This document shows positions 63,078 to 64,000 of a DNA stretch of 64,000 nt, piece by piece. Made by a program: the position numbers and the translations under genes. The notes under the pieces were generated by a model that was not told where the DNA came from, did no database searches, and was given only the letters and a program-made list of their open reading frames with translations. The first letter of the stretch is position 1, and every line of letters begins with the position of its first letter. This DNA is from Omnitrophica WOR_2 bacterium RIFOXYA2_FULL_38_17 (GTDB lineage: Bacteria; Omnitrophota; Gorgyraeia; Zapsychrales; Zapsychraceae), in assembly GCA_001805965.1 (NCBI GenBank), contig MHHG01000057.1:13514-77513 (forward strand), read 5' to 3'.

Positions 63078-63935
63078 TTATAATTGGGCTTTAAACGCCT
63101 CAATAGCATTTTTCATTAACATAACAACTGTGACCGGACCGACTCCTCCGGGAACTGGCGTTATATACGAGGCTTTTTCTTTTGCAGAGTCGTATTCAAC
63201 ATCACCAACAATTCCATTTTCACTTCTGTTAATACCGACATCTATGACTATTGCACCTTTTTTGATCATATCCCCCTTTATCAATGATGCAATGCCAACA
63301 GCAACTATCAATATATCAGCGTTCTTAACATGCCCCTCTAGCTTCCCTGCCTCACTGGTCCCAATATGACAAACTGTCACGGTCGCAAATTCTCTCAATA
63401 ATAACAAGCAAAGCGGTTTTCCCACGATAGAGCTCGAGCCCACTATCACAGCTTCTTTTCCGCGTAAATTAACGCCTGTTGACTTTATATGTTCCATGAT
63501 CGATGCAGGCGTACATGGCACTATTTTTGTTTCTCCAAGAACCATCTTTCCGATATTCGCGATGTTGATACCTTCGAGGTCCTTTATAATATCTATGTGA
63601 TTTGCAACTAAATTGTAATTGATTTGATCAGGAACAGGCTTATGGATCATAATCCCATTCACGCCCGCATCATTATTAAGGGCACAAACAAGATCTTCTA
63701 ACTTTTCTTGACGGACATCTGCTGGAATGGTTTTTAATTCATAGTTTATGCCTATATATTCGGCAACTTTTTCCTGAGACTTAGCATAGGCACAAGTTCC
63801 ATGATCTTGCCCTATGACGATATTAACCATTTTGGGGACTTTATTAAATTCCTTTTTTAGTTTCTCCACTTCACTTTTCAGAGAATCCTTTACTTTTGAC
63901 GCCAATATTTTTCCATTTAAAACACGAGCAGACAT
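63078..63935 (-). CDS. folD: Methylenetetrahydrofolate dehydrogenase/cyclohydrolase
   Basis: PCTP, GSSSIVGKP, IDVGIN, TPVPGGVGP. Confidence 0.95.
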   Translation of the reverse strand: MSARVLNGKILASKVKDSLKSEVEKLKKEFNKVPKMVNIVIGQDHGTCAYAKSQEKVAEYIGINYELKTIPADVRQEKLEDLVCALNNDAGVNGIMIHKPVPDQINYNLVANHIDIIKDLEGINIANIGKMVLGETKIVPCTPASIMEHIKSTGVNLRGKEAVIVGSSSIVGKPLCLLLLREFATVTVCHIGTSEAGKLEGHVKNADILIVAVGIASLIKGDMIKKGAIVIDVGINRSENGIVGDVEYDSAKEKASYITPVPGGVGPVTVVMLMKNAIEAFKAQL

Positions 63936-63943
63936 CTTTTCCT

Positions 63944-64000
63944 TTAACTTTTTATTAGCGCTAAACTTGAGTTAAAAGCTGCAAAAAGCATCTCGATTGC
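63944..64000 (-). CDS. 3' end of upstream gene, possibly formiminotetrahydrofolate cyclodeaminase-like
   Basis: AIEMLFAAFNSSLALIKS*; identity guessed from folD adjacency only. Confidence 0.3.
   Translation of the reverse strand, partial: AIEMLFAAFNSSLALIKS

Overview
AT-rich bacterial window with almost all genes on the minus strand. It probably comes from Candidatus Omnitrophota; this is inferred only from recalled similarity of the 884-aa protein at 32562..35216 and a pilin-like segment at 18386..18466, not from a search. The first 48 kb is accessory-like. It holds a YtrA/GntR-ABC operon with its operator, a speD-like/GNAT/ATP-grasp/PLP-decarboxylase operon behind a structured leader, and an ECF sigma/anti-sigma-vWA pair whose promoter is duplicated around a CPBP protease gene. 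It also holds three decayed genes, GH57/GH2-like hydrolases, a modular secreted protein with DxAM-delimited cargo, and three c-di-GMP-I riboswitches within 8 kb. One riboswitch appears to control a non-coding four-hairpin RNA with C-rich loops, and another carries a ~70-nt insertion. From 48 to 64 kb the genes are housekeeping: trpFCDG, murA, prmC, prfA, rpmE, rho, coaE, glgA, polA, folD. No tRNA, rRNA, CRISPR array, integrase or transposase was recognised. RNA structures were derived by eye, not computed.
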